Assembly: GCA_913056495.1 (NCBI GenBank)
Contig: CAJXMO010000002.1
Coordinates: 239,347 to 303,346 of the forward strand
Source of the DNA: an uncultured Alteromonadaceae bacterium
GTDB taxonomy: Bacteria > Pseudomonadota > Gammaproteobacteria > Enterobacterales > Alteromonadaceae
Direction: 5' to 3'
DNA length: 64,000 nucleotides
The notes beneath the pieces are model-generated. The model did not search any database and was not told the DNA's origin. It saw nothing but the letters and a program-made list of their open reading frames with translations. Below, one piece after another: positions 11,032 to 20,455 of this stretch. A program made the translations under genes and the position numbers. Positions within the stretch are counted from its first letter, which is position 1; the number at the start of each line of letters is the position of its first letter.

Positions 11032-11143
11032 CTTGTTGTCAACGAATTGCTAACGCTAGTATTAGCGCCAAGCTTGAGTGGGAAAATCACAATTCAAGCA
11101 ATACTTTTTATATTCAATTTGTCTGCACGGCAGGGGATAACAC

Positions 11144-14002
11144 ATGAGAAATTTTAAACCTAGTTTGTTAACTTTAGCACTCGCTACGACTGGCCTAATG
11201 AGCTATCAATCAGTTGCAGCAGAGAACGATGGTGCCAATACCGAAGTTGAAGAAGTGATTCAGGTTCGCGGTATTCGCGGTAGCTTGATGAGAGCACAAG
11301 CGGTGAAAATGGATAGCACCTCTGTCGTTGAAGTTATTTCTGCTGAAGATATTGGTAAATTACCGGATTCATCGATTGCTGAATCTTTATCTCGCTTACC
11401 AGGTTTAGCTGGTGAACGCAGAAATGGCCGTACCAGTGGTATCTCAGTTCGTGGTTTTAAAGAAGATTATGTCGGCACTACGTTAAACGGCCGTGAAGTT
11501 TTGGGTATCGGCGACAACCGAGGCGTTGAATACGATTTATATCCATCTGAAATTATGAATGGTGTCGTGGTTCATAAAACATCTGAAGCAACGTTAACTA
11601 CACAGGGCATAGGTGGTACGGTAGATTTACAAACCGTCAGACCTTTAGCATCAGACGAATATTATGCAATCAATGCCAATTTTGAACAAAATGGTATGAA
11701 ATCGGCTAACCCTGATTTTGATGATAAAGGTCATCGAATTGCGGCCAGTATGTCGAAAAAGTTTCTGGATGATACTTTAGGGTTTGCGTTAGCGGTTGCT
11801 TCAACTGAATCTCCAAGTCAGGAGGAGCAATTCCGAGGTTGGGGTTATGCTGATGTATCTAGCCCTAATCTGGCTGACGGTGTGACTTTGGCTGATGGCG
11901 AAACCGTTAAAGTATTAGGTGGTCATGATTCTTATGTTCGTTCAGCTATGCTTGAACGCGATACAGTCTCTGCCGTATTACAATACGCGCCTTCTGCTGA
12001 TTTTAAAGTGACATTAGATGCGCTTTATATCGATTTTTCTGACTCTCAGGTTAAGCGAGGGTTAGAAGAGGGGGGCGCTGAATGGGGTGTAGGCAGTGAC
12101 TATACGATTACTGAAATTCAGGATGGATTAGTGACCAAAGGTATTGTTGGCAATTCAAGCAATGCATTCCGTTCAGTTATCCGTAATGATGCGTATGAGA
12201 AAAAAGCTGAGTTAAATGCGTTTGCAGCTAACTTTGAATACTTTTTAAATGATGATTGGAAAGCGACGTTAGATTTATCAACCAGTCAGTCTGAAAAGAC
12301 GATTACAGATATTGAAAGCTATTCAGGTGTGGGTCGTTCAAACCATGTTAATCAGGGTGCTGGCGCGATCCGTTCATTTGAAATGACACCAACTGGGGTC
12401 ATGTATTCAGATGAAAATGTAGCTGATTATACTGATGAATCATTAATGAAATTAGCGGGTCCGCAGGCCTGGGGTGGTGATTTACAAGTTTTCTCAGACG
12501 AAATCGGAACCAGTGCTACAAATGCCGCTAATGGTGAATTTAATTATAACCATGCTCAGGATGGTTTTATCAATAAACCTGTATTTGAAGAAGAACTTAA
12601 TACATTCAGATTTGATGTTGAAGGGTTTCTTGAACTTGGCATTATCAACAAAGTGACCGCAGGTGTGAACTATACAGATCGCACAAAAAGTAAAGTTAAT
12701 ACAGGTGCTTATTTAACGGTAAATAACAGCGATTTATTTGCCCAAGGCGCGATTCCGAGTGACTACATTGTCGGAACCACTAACTTAAACTTTATCGGTA
12801 TTAGTGATTTTATTGCTTATGACAGTTTAGCGCTTTATAAAGATGGTGGTTATGTTGAGTGGGATGCTGCTTTAGCACAAACAGCCCGTCTAGGGGATAG
12901 TTATGAAGTAGCAGAAGATGTAACTCAGGCTTACGTTAAATTTGATTTAGAAACAGACATTGGCGATATATTTGTCAAAGGTAATTTTGGTGTTCAGTAC
13001 GTTAAAACCAATCAGTCATCAAGCGGTTTTTATTCAACCAAAGATGCTGACGCATCTGTATTAGCTAATACGACATCGGGTGAAGACAGCTATGATCATG
13101 TATTGCCTAGCTTAACCTTAAACTTTGAGTTAACCGATAATCAGGTTGTAATTACCTCACTTTCAAAAACATTAAGCCGCGCGCGGATTGATGATTTAAG
13201 AGCCAGTGGTGCAATTACATTTGATGGCACCTCAGGCCGTATCGACAGCACAGACGTAGAAAACAGTCCTTGGAGTGCTAATGGTGGTAACCCTAACTTA
13301 AAACCGTTAGAAGCAAATCAGTTTGACTTGAACTACAGCTGGTACTTTGCGGATGATGGTTTCTTCTCGGCTGCTTTTTTCTACAAAGATTTAGTCAACT
13401 GGCATAGAGATACGAGTCTGTTGGTTGATTTCTCTGACGGTTATATTCCTGAAGTTCATCAGTATTTAGGCGAAGCACCTAAGATTTTTGAAGGGTATCA
13501 GGATACTAAAGAAGACGGTTTAGAAGGTTTTGTAAGAGGTTACGAAGTGCAGGCAAACCTACCACTTCATAACATTGCTGATGTATTAGATGGTTTTGGT
13601 ATTGTCGCAAGTGCATCCTTTACGGATGGTAGCTTAGATGATGGTTCTCGTGTACCGGGTCTTTCTGAAGAAAGCTATCAATTAACGGCATATTATGAAA
13701 ACAACGGTTTTGAATTCAGAATCTCTGGACGTAAACGTGACGAATTCATGACAGAAACTCGCGGTTTAAGTTTAGCTCTCGAAGAAACTGAAAATCGTGG
13801 TGAAGAATTATGGGATGCTCAAATCGGCTATGACTTTGGTAAAGGTGGTTTTGAATCTTTAGACGGTTTATCTATTAGTTTACAGGCTCAAAACTTAACG
13901 GATGAAGATACACTACAGGCTGAAGCGTCTGACCCTCGTCAGGTCACCAAGTATCAGTCTTTTGGTGCTAACTATTTATTCGGTGTTAATTATAAGTTCT
14001 AA
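11144..14002 (+). CDS. TonB-dependent receptor (carbohydrate-type)
   Basis: Signal peptide; TonB box-like EEVIQVRG; plug motif SAEDIGKLPDSSIAESLSRLPG; terminal YKF. Confidence 0.93.
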   Translation: MRNFKPSLLTLALATTGLMSYQSVAAENDGANTEVEEVIQVRGIRGSLMRAQAVKMDSTSVVEVISAEDIGKLPDSSIAESLSRLPGLAGERRNGRTSGISVRGFKEDYVGTTLNGREVLGIGDNRGVEYDLYPSEIMNGVVVHKTSEATLTTQGIGGTVDLQTVRPLASDEYYAINANFEQNGMKSANPDFDDKGHRIAASMSKKFLDDTLGFALAVASTESPSQEEQFRGWGYADVSSPNLADGVTLADGETVKVLGGHDSYVRSAMLERDTVSAVLQYAPSADFKVTLDALYIDFSDSQVKRGLEEGGAEWGVGSDYTITEIQDGLVTKGIVGNSSNAFRSVIRNDAYEKKAELNAFAANFEYFLNDDWKATLDLSTSQSEKTITDIESYSGVGRSNHVNQGAGAIRSFEMTPTGVMYSDENVADYTDESLMKLAGPQAWGGDLQVFSDEIGTSATNAANGEFNYNHAQDGFINKPVFEEELNTFRFDVEGFLELGIINKVTAGVNYTDRTKSKVNTGAYLTVNNSDLFAQGAIPSDYIVGTTNLNFIGISDFIAYDSLALYKDGGYVEWDAALAQTARLGDSYEVAEDVTQAYVKFDLETDIGDIFVKGNFGVQYVKTNQSSSGFYSTKDADASVLANTTSGEDSYDHVLPSLTLNFELTDNQVVITSLSKTLSRARIDDLRASGAITFDGTSGRIDSTDVENSPWSANGGNPNLKPLEANQFDLNYSWYFADDGFFSAAFFYKDLVNWHRDTSLLVDFSDGYIPEVHQYLGEAPKIFEGYQDTKEDGLEGFVRGYEVQANLPLHNIADVLDGFGIVASASFTDGSLDDGSRVPGLSEESYQLTAYYENNGFEFRISGRKRDEFMTETRGLSLALEETENRGEELWDAQIGYDFGKGGFESLDGLSISLQAQNLTDEDTLQAEASDPRQVTKYQSFGANYLFGVNYKF

Positions 14003-14031
14003 GCCCCAGCGCGCAGAATTCAAGCTAAGGT

Positions 14032-14066
14032 AAAAAACCTGCTACCCTTTAGTAGCAGGTTTTTTT
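14032..14066 (+). terminator. Terminator/attenuator after the TBDR gene
   Basis: AAAAAACCTGCTAC...GTAGCAGGTTTTTTT. Confidence 0.8.
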
Positions 14067-14101
14067 ATTTTTGTTATTCCTTGTAATCTAGAGTATTAGT
14101 C

Positions 14102-15595
14102 ATGCAAAACAAAAGCTTAAAAGTTGTTGTTGTCGGCGGTGGTACATCAGGCTGGATGTCAGCTGCGTTATTAAAAAAGGTATTAGGTGACTCAATCGAA
14201 CTGGAATTGGTTGAATCTGAGCAGATAGGTATTGTGGGTGTAGGTGAAGCAACTATACCACCGATTCAGCAAGTTAATCAGGTACTTGGCATAGACGAAG
14301 CCGAATTTATGCGTGAAACCAAGGCGACAATTAAACTCGCAATTAAGTTTGAGCATTGGCAAAATTTAAATCAGGATTATTTTCACACCTTTGGTTCTGC
14401 CGGAAAAAGTTTACCGTTTTGCCATTATCATCATTTATGGGTTCGCGCCCACCAACTGGGGCTGGATGATAATTTGTGGGATCACGATTTAAATTATCAT
14501 GCCTGTGTAGCAGAAAAGTTTGCTAAATTGCAGGTTAAAGACCCACTGTTTGATATGAAGTATGCCTATCATTTTGACTCCGGTTTATATGGGCAGTTTT
14601 TAAGAAAAGTATCTGAAAAAATGGGGGTTAAAAGAACCGAAGGGTTCATCGAAAGCATACAGCTAAATCCTCAAACTGGACATGTGGAATCATTAACTTT
14701 AAAAGACAGCTCTGTCGTTAATGGTGATTTGTTTATTGACTGCTCAGGTTTTAAAGGTTTATTAATTAATCAAAAGCTAGGTAGCGGGTTTGAAGACTGG
14801 AGCCACTGGCTACCCTGTGACAGCGCAATTGCCGTACCTACTGAAAGATTCGAAAAAACATTGCCTTATACCCGATCAATTGCTCGTGAATTTGGCTGGC
14901 AGTGGCAGATACCGCTGCAACACAGAAATGGTAATGGTCTGGTCTATTCAAGTCGGTATGTCTCAGATGAAACTGCAAAAGAAACACTGCTTTCAAATCT
15001 GACAACACCGACACTGGCCGAGCCTAAATTAATTAAATTTAAAACAGGCCGGGCATTAAAACAATGGAATAAAAATGTGGTTGCGGTTGGTCTGGCAAGT
15101 GGTTTTTTAGAGCCGCTGGAATCAACCAGCATCTATTTAGTACAGAGTGCTATTGTGCGTTTACTGAAATTCTTCCCGCAAACGGAAATCAGTCCGGCTT
15201 CGGTGGATGAGTATAACCGTCAGTCTAAACTGGAATATGAACAGATTCGTGACTTTATTATTTTACATTATTATGTCACTCAGCGCACAGACAGTCAGTT
15301 CTGGTTAGACATGCAAAAAATGCAGGTACCAGAGCGACTTGCCAATAAAATTAAAATCTTTGAAGCAACTGGCACTATTACACATGATGAGTTTGATGTT
15401 TTTTGGGAGCCTTCCTGGCTTCAGGTCATGTTAGGGCAAGGTATAAAACCTAAGGCCTACCACCCATTGGCCAATCAGTTTAGCGAACAACAATTAACAG
15501 AACTGATGCGGACGATGAAACAAAATAAACAGGCTCCAGTTAATAATATGCCTGACCATGACAACTTTTTAGCCATGTATTTAAGCAAGGGGTAG
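14102..15595 (+). CDS. Tryptophan-halogenase-family flavin-dependent halogenase
   Basis: GGGTSG, VGEAT, TIKLAIKF (catalytic Lys region), WQWQIP, EPLESTS. Confidence 0.92.
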   Translation: MQNKSLKVVVVGGGTSGWMSAALLKKVLGDSIELELVESEQIGIVGVGEATIPPIQQVNQVLGIDEAEFMRETKATIKLAIKFEHWQNLNQDYFHTFGSAGKSLPFCHYHHLWVRAHQLGLDDNLWDHDLNYHACVAEKFAKLQVKDPLFDMKYAYHFDSGLYGQFLRKVSEKMGVKRTEGFIESIQLNPQTGHVESLTLKDSSVVNGDLFIDCSGFKGLLINQKLGSGFEDWSHWLPCDSAIAVPTERFEKTLPYTRSIAREFGWQWQIPLQHRNGNGLVYSSRYVSDETAKETLLSNLTTPTLAEPKLIKFKTGRALKQWNKNVVAVGLASGFLEPLESTSIYLVQSAIVRLLKFFPQTEISPASVDEYNRQSKLEYEQIRDFIILHYYVTQRTDSQFWLDMQKMQVPERLANKIKIFEATGTITHDEFDVFWEPSWLQVMLGQGIKPKAYHPLANQFSEQQLTELMRTMKQNKQAPVNNMPDHDNFLAMYLSKG

Positions 15596-15658
15596 GTTAA
15601 CTCACTGATTTATGGGCTAAAAAATTCCGCTTGGGATTCTTTCCTTTAAGCTATTGCA

Positions 15659-15945
15659 TATATACCCAAGCTACTTGAAAATGCTGGATTTCAGCAAGAG
15701 ATAACAAGCATTTAGACAAGGCATTGATTGAAGATAATGGTTATCCCTGTTCAAAATCAATAAAGACAATGTGCGCCTGCATTGTCATCTTACCCTACAT
15801 CCATGTAGGGCAACGCAGTAGAAATGCTTTTAGCCTTGCCCTTCGGGCGCTTCACAGCCTGTGCCTACATTCTTTTATTAACATGCCTTGTACTAAAAAC
15901 GCTGTGATAGCTCTGAAACATGTATCTTTAAGCAGTTTGGGTATA
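15659..15945. mobile_element. ERIC-like MITE, copy 2 (internally rearranged)
   Basis: TATATACCCAAG...TTTGGGTATA ends; colinear with copy 3 except for a ~50-bp insertion and a ~30-bp deletion. Confidence 0.85.
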
Positions 15946-15990
15946 ATAACACTTATTAACCTAATTTTACTGCGCAAACCTTGCCTGATT

Positions 15991-16007
15991 TGATATACTA
16001 GCGCGCC
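15991..16007 (+). promoter_or_regulatory. Extended -10 promoter upstream of kpsM
   Basis: TGaTATACT followed by AGCGCGCC. Confidence 0.55.
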
Positions 16008-16079
16008 TGTTCGACCCTAATAGTATTACGGACGATATTTTAATTATGTATAGCGTATTGGATTGTTAGGTTTTTTGTT

Positions 16080-16880
16080 GTGATATTCTCTGTTCCCAAA
16101 AATGAAAAACGTTCACCCTTAATGGTGATGAAAGATGTGATTTTTGCTTTGCTGCTACGTGAAGTAAAAACACGTTTTGGCGCATTTCGTTTGGGCATTT
16201 TCTGGGCGTTGGCCGAGCCCATGGCGCATGTTTTATTGTTTACTGTCTTGTTTGGGGTTCGCGCTCGCGAAGGGTTTGGTAGCGTGGAAACGCCTGTGTT
16301 TATTTTTACCGGTATTATGCCGTTTTTATTATTTCAGAATTTGTTTGGCAAATGCAAAGCGGCCTGCTCGGCAAATCGCGGTTTATTTCATTACCGTTAT
16401 GTAAAGCCTATTAATACTTTTATTGCCCGTACTTTGCTGGAAACCGGCATTTTTATATTTACTTCAGTATGCTTATTAACCCTATTTTTCTGGGTCGGGT
16501 TTCAAATTCAAGTTTATGATATTTTAAGCTGTATTCTGGTGATTTTTTTATTAGGAGTGATGGCTTCTTCACTGGGGATCTGTGCGGCATTTTTGATTGA
16601 GTTTTTCCCTGAATCAGATAAGTTTTTATCAATTGCAATGAAACCTATGTTATTTATTTCCGGTGTGTTTTATACGCTGGATATGATACCTACTCAATAC
16701 CACCACTTTTTATTGTGGAACCCGGTACTGCACGCTATTGAATTATTTCGTACCGCTTTTATTGAATCTTTTGAAACTCAGCATGCCAGCCTGTTTTACC
16801 TGTTTCTGGTGGCGTTAGGCAGTTTATTTTTAGCGCTTAGGCTTTATCGCAGTCACTGGACCAGAATGGTGGCGACATGA
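16080..16880 (+). CDS. kpsM: Capsule ABC exporter permease
   Basis: ALLLREVKTRFG...LGIFWALAEP; WNPVLHAIE. Confidence 0.92.
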   Translation: MIFSVPKNEKRSPLMVMKDVIFALLLREVKTRFGAFRLGIFWALAEPMAHVLLFTVLFGVRAREGFGSVETPVFIFTGIMPFLLFQNLFGKCKAACSANRGLFHYRYVKPINTFIARTLLETGIFIFTSVCLLTLFFWVGFQIQVYDILSCILVIFLLGVMASSLGICAAFLIEFFPESDKFLSIAMKPMLFISGVFYTLDMIPTQYHHFLLWNPVLHAIELFRTAFIESFETQHASLFYLFLVALGSLFLALRLYRSHWTRMVAT

Positions 16881-17524
16881 TTGAGCTGAATAATGTGACT
16901 AAATATTATGTCACTAAACTGGGTAAAAAATATGTCCTCAGGGACGTCTCTTTTGTCATTCCTGAAGGGCGTGATGTTGCCATATTAGGCAAAAATGGAG
17001 CCGGCAAATCCACCTTATTACGTTTATTAGGTGGCATTGATTTTCCTAATCGTGGTACGATCAGTTCAAATAAACGGATTTCATGGCCGCTTGCATTATC
17101 TTCCGGTTTTCAGGGTAGTATGACCGGGCGTGAAAACGTCGAGTTCGTCTGCCGGGTATACGGAAATAAAGCCATTGCCAAAACCTGCCGGTTTGTTAAA
17201 GACTTTTCTGAAATTCAAGATTATTTTGAATTGCCAATCAAGACTTATTCTTCCGGGATGAAATCCCGCTTAGCGTTTGCGTTGAGCATGGCGTTTGATT
17301 TTGAATTGTATCTGATAGATGAAATAACCTCAGTCGGGGATGCCTCATTCCGGAAAAAATGTGCAGAATCTATGGCGGAAAAGCGTAAAAATGCCAATGT
17401 GATTATGGTTTCACATGACATGGGCACATTAAGAAAACAATGCGATATGTCAATTGTCCTGCAAAACAGGCAATTAACTTTATTTGATAATGTAGAAGAG
17501 GGTATCCGCCAGTATTCACAATAA
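16877..17524 (+). CDS. kpsT: Capsule ABC exporter ATPase
   Basis: GKNGAGKST, YSSGMKSRLAF, LIDEITSVGD. Confidence 0.94.
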   Translation: MIELNNVTKYYVTKLGKKYVLRDVSFVIPEGRDVAILGKNGAGKSTLLRLLGGIDFPNRGTISSNKRISWPLALSSGFQGSMTGRENVEFVCRVYGNKAIAKTCRFVKDFSEIQDYFELPIKTYSSGMKSRLAFALSMAFDFELYLIDEITSVGDASFRKKCAESMAEKRKNANVIMVSHDMGTLRKQCDMSIVLQNRQLTLFDNVEEGIRQYSQ

Positions 17525-17575
17525 CATAATGTTTTTAAATGACAATTTAGTGAAGGTGCGATTTTATTTAACGAT

Positions 17576-18784
17576 ATGACAGATACTCAGCAAAGCAATT
17601 TTAAAAGAAAGTTTAATAAACTTAGAAAACGCCCTCGTCAGTTTTTTGCTGACTCATCCGGTGTTAAAGCAGCTAAAACTGGCGTGAATGAGTCTTCGCG
17701 TTTATTTTTATCTTTTCACTATTCAATCTGGCTTTTCTTACCGGTTGGACTTGTCTTTATTTACCTGTTTTTTATTGCGACCCCTCAGTATGAATCTGTT
17801 GCCACTGTAGTTGCTAAACAATCAGATGAAAATGGTGTCAGTGCCGCAGCGCCTATGGCTTTGTTAGGCGTTGATGCCGGACAAAATAAAGATGCTTATC
17901 TGGTTCAACACTATATTTTGTCCAGTGATATGCTCAATTATCTTGAACAGAAGCTCTCGCTAAAATCACACTATAGCCAAACGCAAGCCGATTGGTTAAG
18001 TGCCTTATCAAAAAATGCGACGCAGGAAGAGTTTCTTGAATACTATCTGGATAAAGTGACGGTAGAGTTTGACGATGTTTCAGGCCTGCTAAGTATATCG
18101 GTAAAGAGCTTTACGCCAGAATTTTCACAACAAATGGTGATTGAAATGATTACCAAGGCGGAGCACTTTATTAATGATATGGGGCATAAAATGGCTCAGG
18201 ATGAAGTGGGCTTTGTTGAAGGTGAGTTAGACCGGGCCCATCAAAAATTAGTGGCGCTAACCGAGCAAATGACCGAGTTTCAAAATGAGAAGCAGGTTTT
18301 CAGTACAGAGCAACAAAGTGCGGCTGTGATGACCAGTATTGCTGAACTTAATTCATTGCTAATCAATAAACAAACCGAACTTGAAGCTTTGTTAAGTTAT
18401 ATGAATAAAGCGGCCCCTGAAGTGGTTACTTTAAAAAATCAGATTGCTGCACTTAAAAATCAGATTAATGAGCAGCAAAGCAAACTGGTGAGCCCTGAAC
18501 AAACTGCACTCAATCAGCTTAATGTTGAATTCCGTAATTTGAGTATGCAAATCGAGTTTGCCACAGATGTTTATAAGGCGGCTTTATTAGGATTAGAACA
18601 AACCCGGGTTGAAGCGCACCGCAAGCTGAAACATTTAATGGTGGTTGCTCAGCCTAATTTAGCCGATGAAGCTTTATATCCACGCAGAGTATATTGGTTT
18701 GTGACGCTCAGCATTTTATTTATGATTATTTATTCAATTGTCGTCATGTTAATTGCAACCGTTAAGGAACATAAAGAAGACTAA
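17576..18784 (+). CDS. kpsE: Capsule export polysaccharide co-polymerase
   Basis: Two TM segments flanking a periplasmic coiled coil; YPRR before the last TM. Confidence 0.88.
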   Translation: MTDTQQSNFKRKFNKLRKRPRQFFADSSGVKAAKTGVNESSRLFLSFHYSIWLFLPVGLVFIYLFFIATPQYESVATVVAKQSDENGVSAAAPMALLGVDAGQNKDAYLVQHYILSSDMLNYLEQKLSLKSHYSQTQADWLSALSKNATQEEFLEYYLDKVTVEFDDVSGLLSISVKSFTPEFSQQMVIEMITKAEHFINDMGHKMAQDEVGFVEGELDRAHQKLVALTEQMTEFQNEKQVFSTEQQSAAVMTSIAELNSLLINKQTELEALLSYMNKAAPEVVTLKNQIAALKNQINEQQSKLVSPEQTALNQLNVEFRNLSMQIEFATDVYKAALLGLEQTRVEAHRKLKHLMVVAQPNLADEALYPRRVYWFVTLSILFMIIYSIVVMLIATVKEHKED

Positions 18785-20454
18785 TGAAAACACCCAATTT
18801 TTTATTAGCCGGTTTGTTGGCTTGTATTGGAATTTTTTCCGGTTTATCTGTCGCCAATGCCGTGACTATTGGTCAGTCCGTTGAGCCATCGACCGGTCAA
18901 TTGCAAGCTGAATCCGGAATGACCGAACGCATGTCTGTAAATATTCAGGATGCCAAAGTCTATGGAGATTGGTTATTTAATGGTGATTTTGCCGACCAAT
19001 CGTTTAAAGGCTTTAATCCAAATTACCAAATTGCGATTGGTGATAAAGTCCGGGTGCAAATCTGGGGTGGCACCAGCCTAGATGCAATTTTTGAAGTGGA
19101 TAAACAAGGTAATATTTTTATCCCAAAAGTCGGGCCGGTTTCCGTTAGTGGTGTTAAAAACAGCGGCTTAAACCAAGTGGTTTTAAATAAAGTAAAGCAA
19201 GTTTTCCAAAGCAATGTACATATTTATGCAACGCTTGAAAGTGCTCAACCCGTTAAAGTATATGTCACCGGTGGGGTAAAACAACCTGGGCTATATGCAG
19301 GTTTATCTTCTGACTCTATTTTATATTTTTTAGATAAAGCTCAAGGCATTGACCCTGATTCAGGTAGCTATCTGGATATTCGTTTAATTCGTCATGGTGA
19401 AGTGACCAACCAGTTTAATTTATACCAGTTTTTATCGCAAGGCGCGATTCAGCCGCATCAGGTTCAGGATGGTGATACCTTATTTGTCGCAGCCCGTCAT
19501 CAGTTTATCAAAGTAGAAGGTTTAGCCAGTAAGAATGTTGAAGTGGAATTTACCGGAAACTATAAAACTGTAGCTGATATCAGTGAACTGGTCGCGCCTT
19601 TTCCTGAAGTCACACATGTGCGCATTTACCATAATTCGGGCACAGACCAGTTTGTAGATTACTTGAATATAGAAGATGCCGCAGATGCTGAGTTAGTGAG
19701 TGGTGATAAGCTGGTTTATGTTGCCGATAAAAAACAGCGCTCCATTTCTGTTAGAGTGGAAGGTGAACATGAAAGTGAACGCGAATATGTGCTTCCGCAT
19801 GGTTCAACCTTAAATACCTTAATTGAACAAATTGAACTAAATAACTTATCTGATTTATCTGCGATTCAACTATTTAGAAAAAGCGTACAAAGCCGCCAGA
19901 AAGAAATGCTAAATAGTTCACTTCAGTCACTTGAATCCAGTGTCTTAACCGCTCGCTCTTCAACACAAGAAGCAGCTGCATTGCGCGCTAAAGAAGCCGA
20001 GCTTATTTTGCAGTGGGTTGAGCGTGCCAAAAATATCCAGCCTCGTGGTCAGGTGATTTTAACTAACCCAGACGTATTTGCTGATATTCATTTAGAGCAA
20101 GACGATATTATTAAAATCCCGAGTAAGTCATCTTTGGTGTTAGTCCATGGTGAGGTGGTATTCCCGAGCGCAATTACCCATGAAGCTAAATCAAGCGCCA
20201 TTGATTATATCAATTCCGCCGGTGGTTTTACCCAAAGTGAAGATTCAACATACGTGATCGTGATGCATAAAAACGGTCAGTTTGACAAGTATTTAGCTGA
20301 AGATACCCGCGAATTAAAACGCGCAAAAATTGTAGGTGGCGATGAAATATTTGTCCTGCCTAAAGTCGATACTAAGTACCTTCAGTTCAGTAAAGATATC
20401 ACACAAATTATTTATCAGATCGCAGTCAGTGCGGCAGTAGTTTTAGGATTGTAG
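18784..20454 (+). CDS. kpsD: Capsule export outer-membrane/periplasmic protein
   Basis: Poly_export domain (YQIAIGDKVRVQIWG) plus SLBB repeats. Confidence 0.88.
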   Translation: MKTPNFLLAGLLACIGIFSGLSVANAVTIGQSVEPSTGQLQAESGMTERMSVNIQDAKVYGDWLFNGDFADQSFKGFNPNYQIAIGDKVRVQIWGGTSLDAIFEVDKQGNIFIPKVGPVSVSGVKNSGLNQVVLNKVKQVFQSNVHIYATLESAQPVKVYVTGGVKQPGLYAGLSSDSILYFLDKAQGIDPDSGSYLDIRLIRHGEVTNQFNLYQFLSQGAIQPHQVQDGDTLFVAARHQFIKVEGLASKNVEVEFTGNYKTVADISELVAPFPEVTHVRIYHNSGTDQFVDYLNIEDAADAELVSGDKLVYVADKKQRSISVRVEGEHESEREYVLPHGSTLNTLIEQIELNNLSDLSAIQLFRKSVQSRQKEMLNSSLQSLESSVLTARSSTQEAAALRAKEAELILQWVERAKNIQPRGQVILTNPDVFADIHLEQDDIIKIPSKSSLVLVHGEVVFPSAITHEAKSSAIDYINSAGGFTQSEDSTYVIVMHKNGQFDKYLAEDTRELKRAKIVGGDEIFVLPKVDTKYLQFSKDITQIIYQIAVSAAVVLGL

Positions 20455-20455
20455 A

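Noticed and set aside
15724-15993. 89-aa ORF MIEDNGYP...
   Set aside because: Lies almost entirely within MITE copy 2; no SD and no protein features; a repeat-derived spurious ORF
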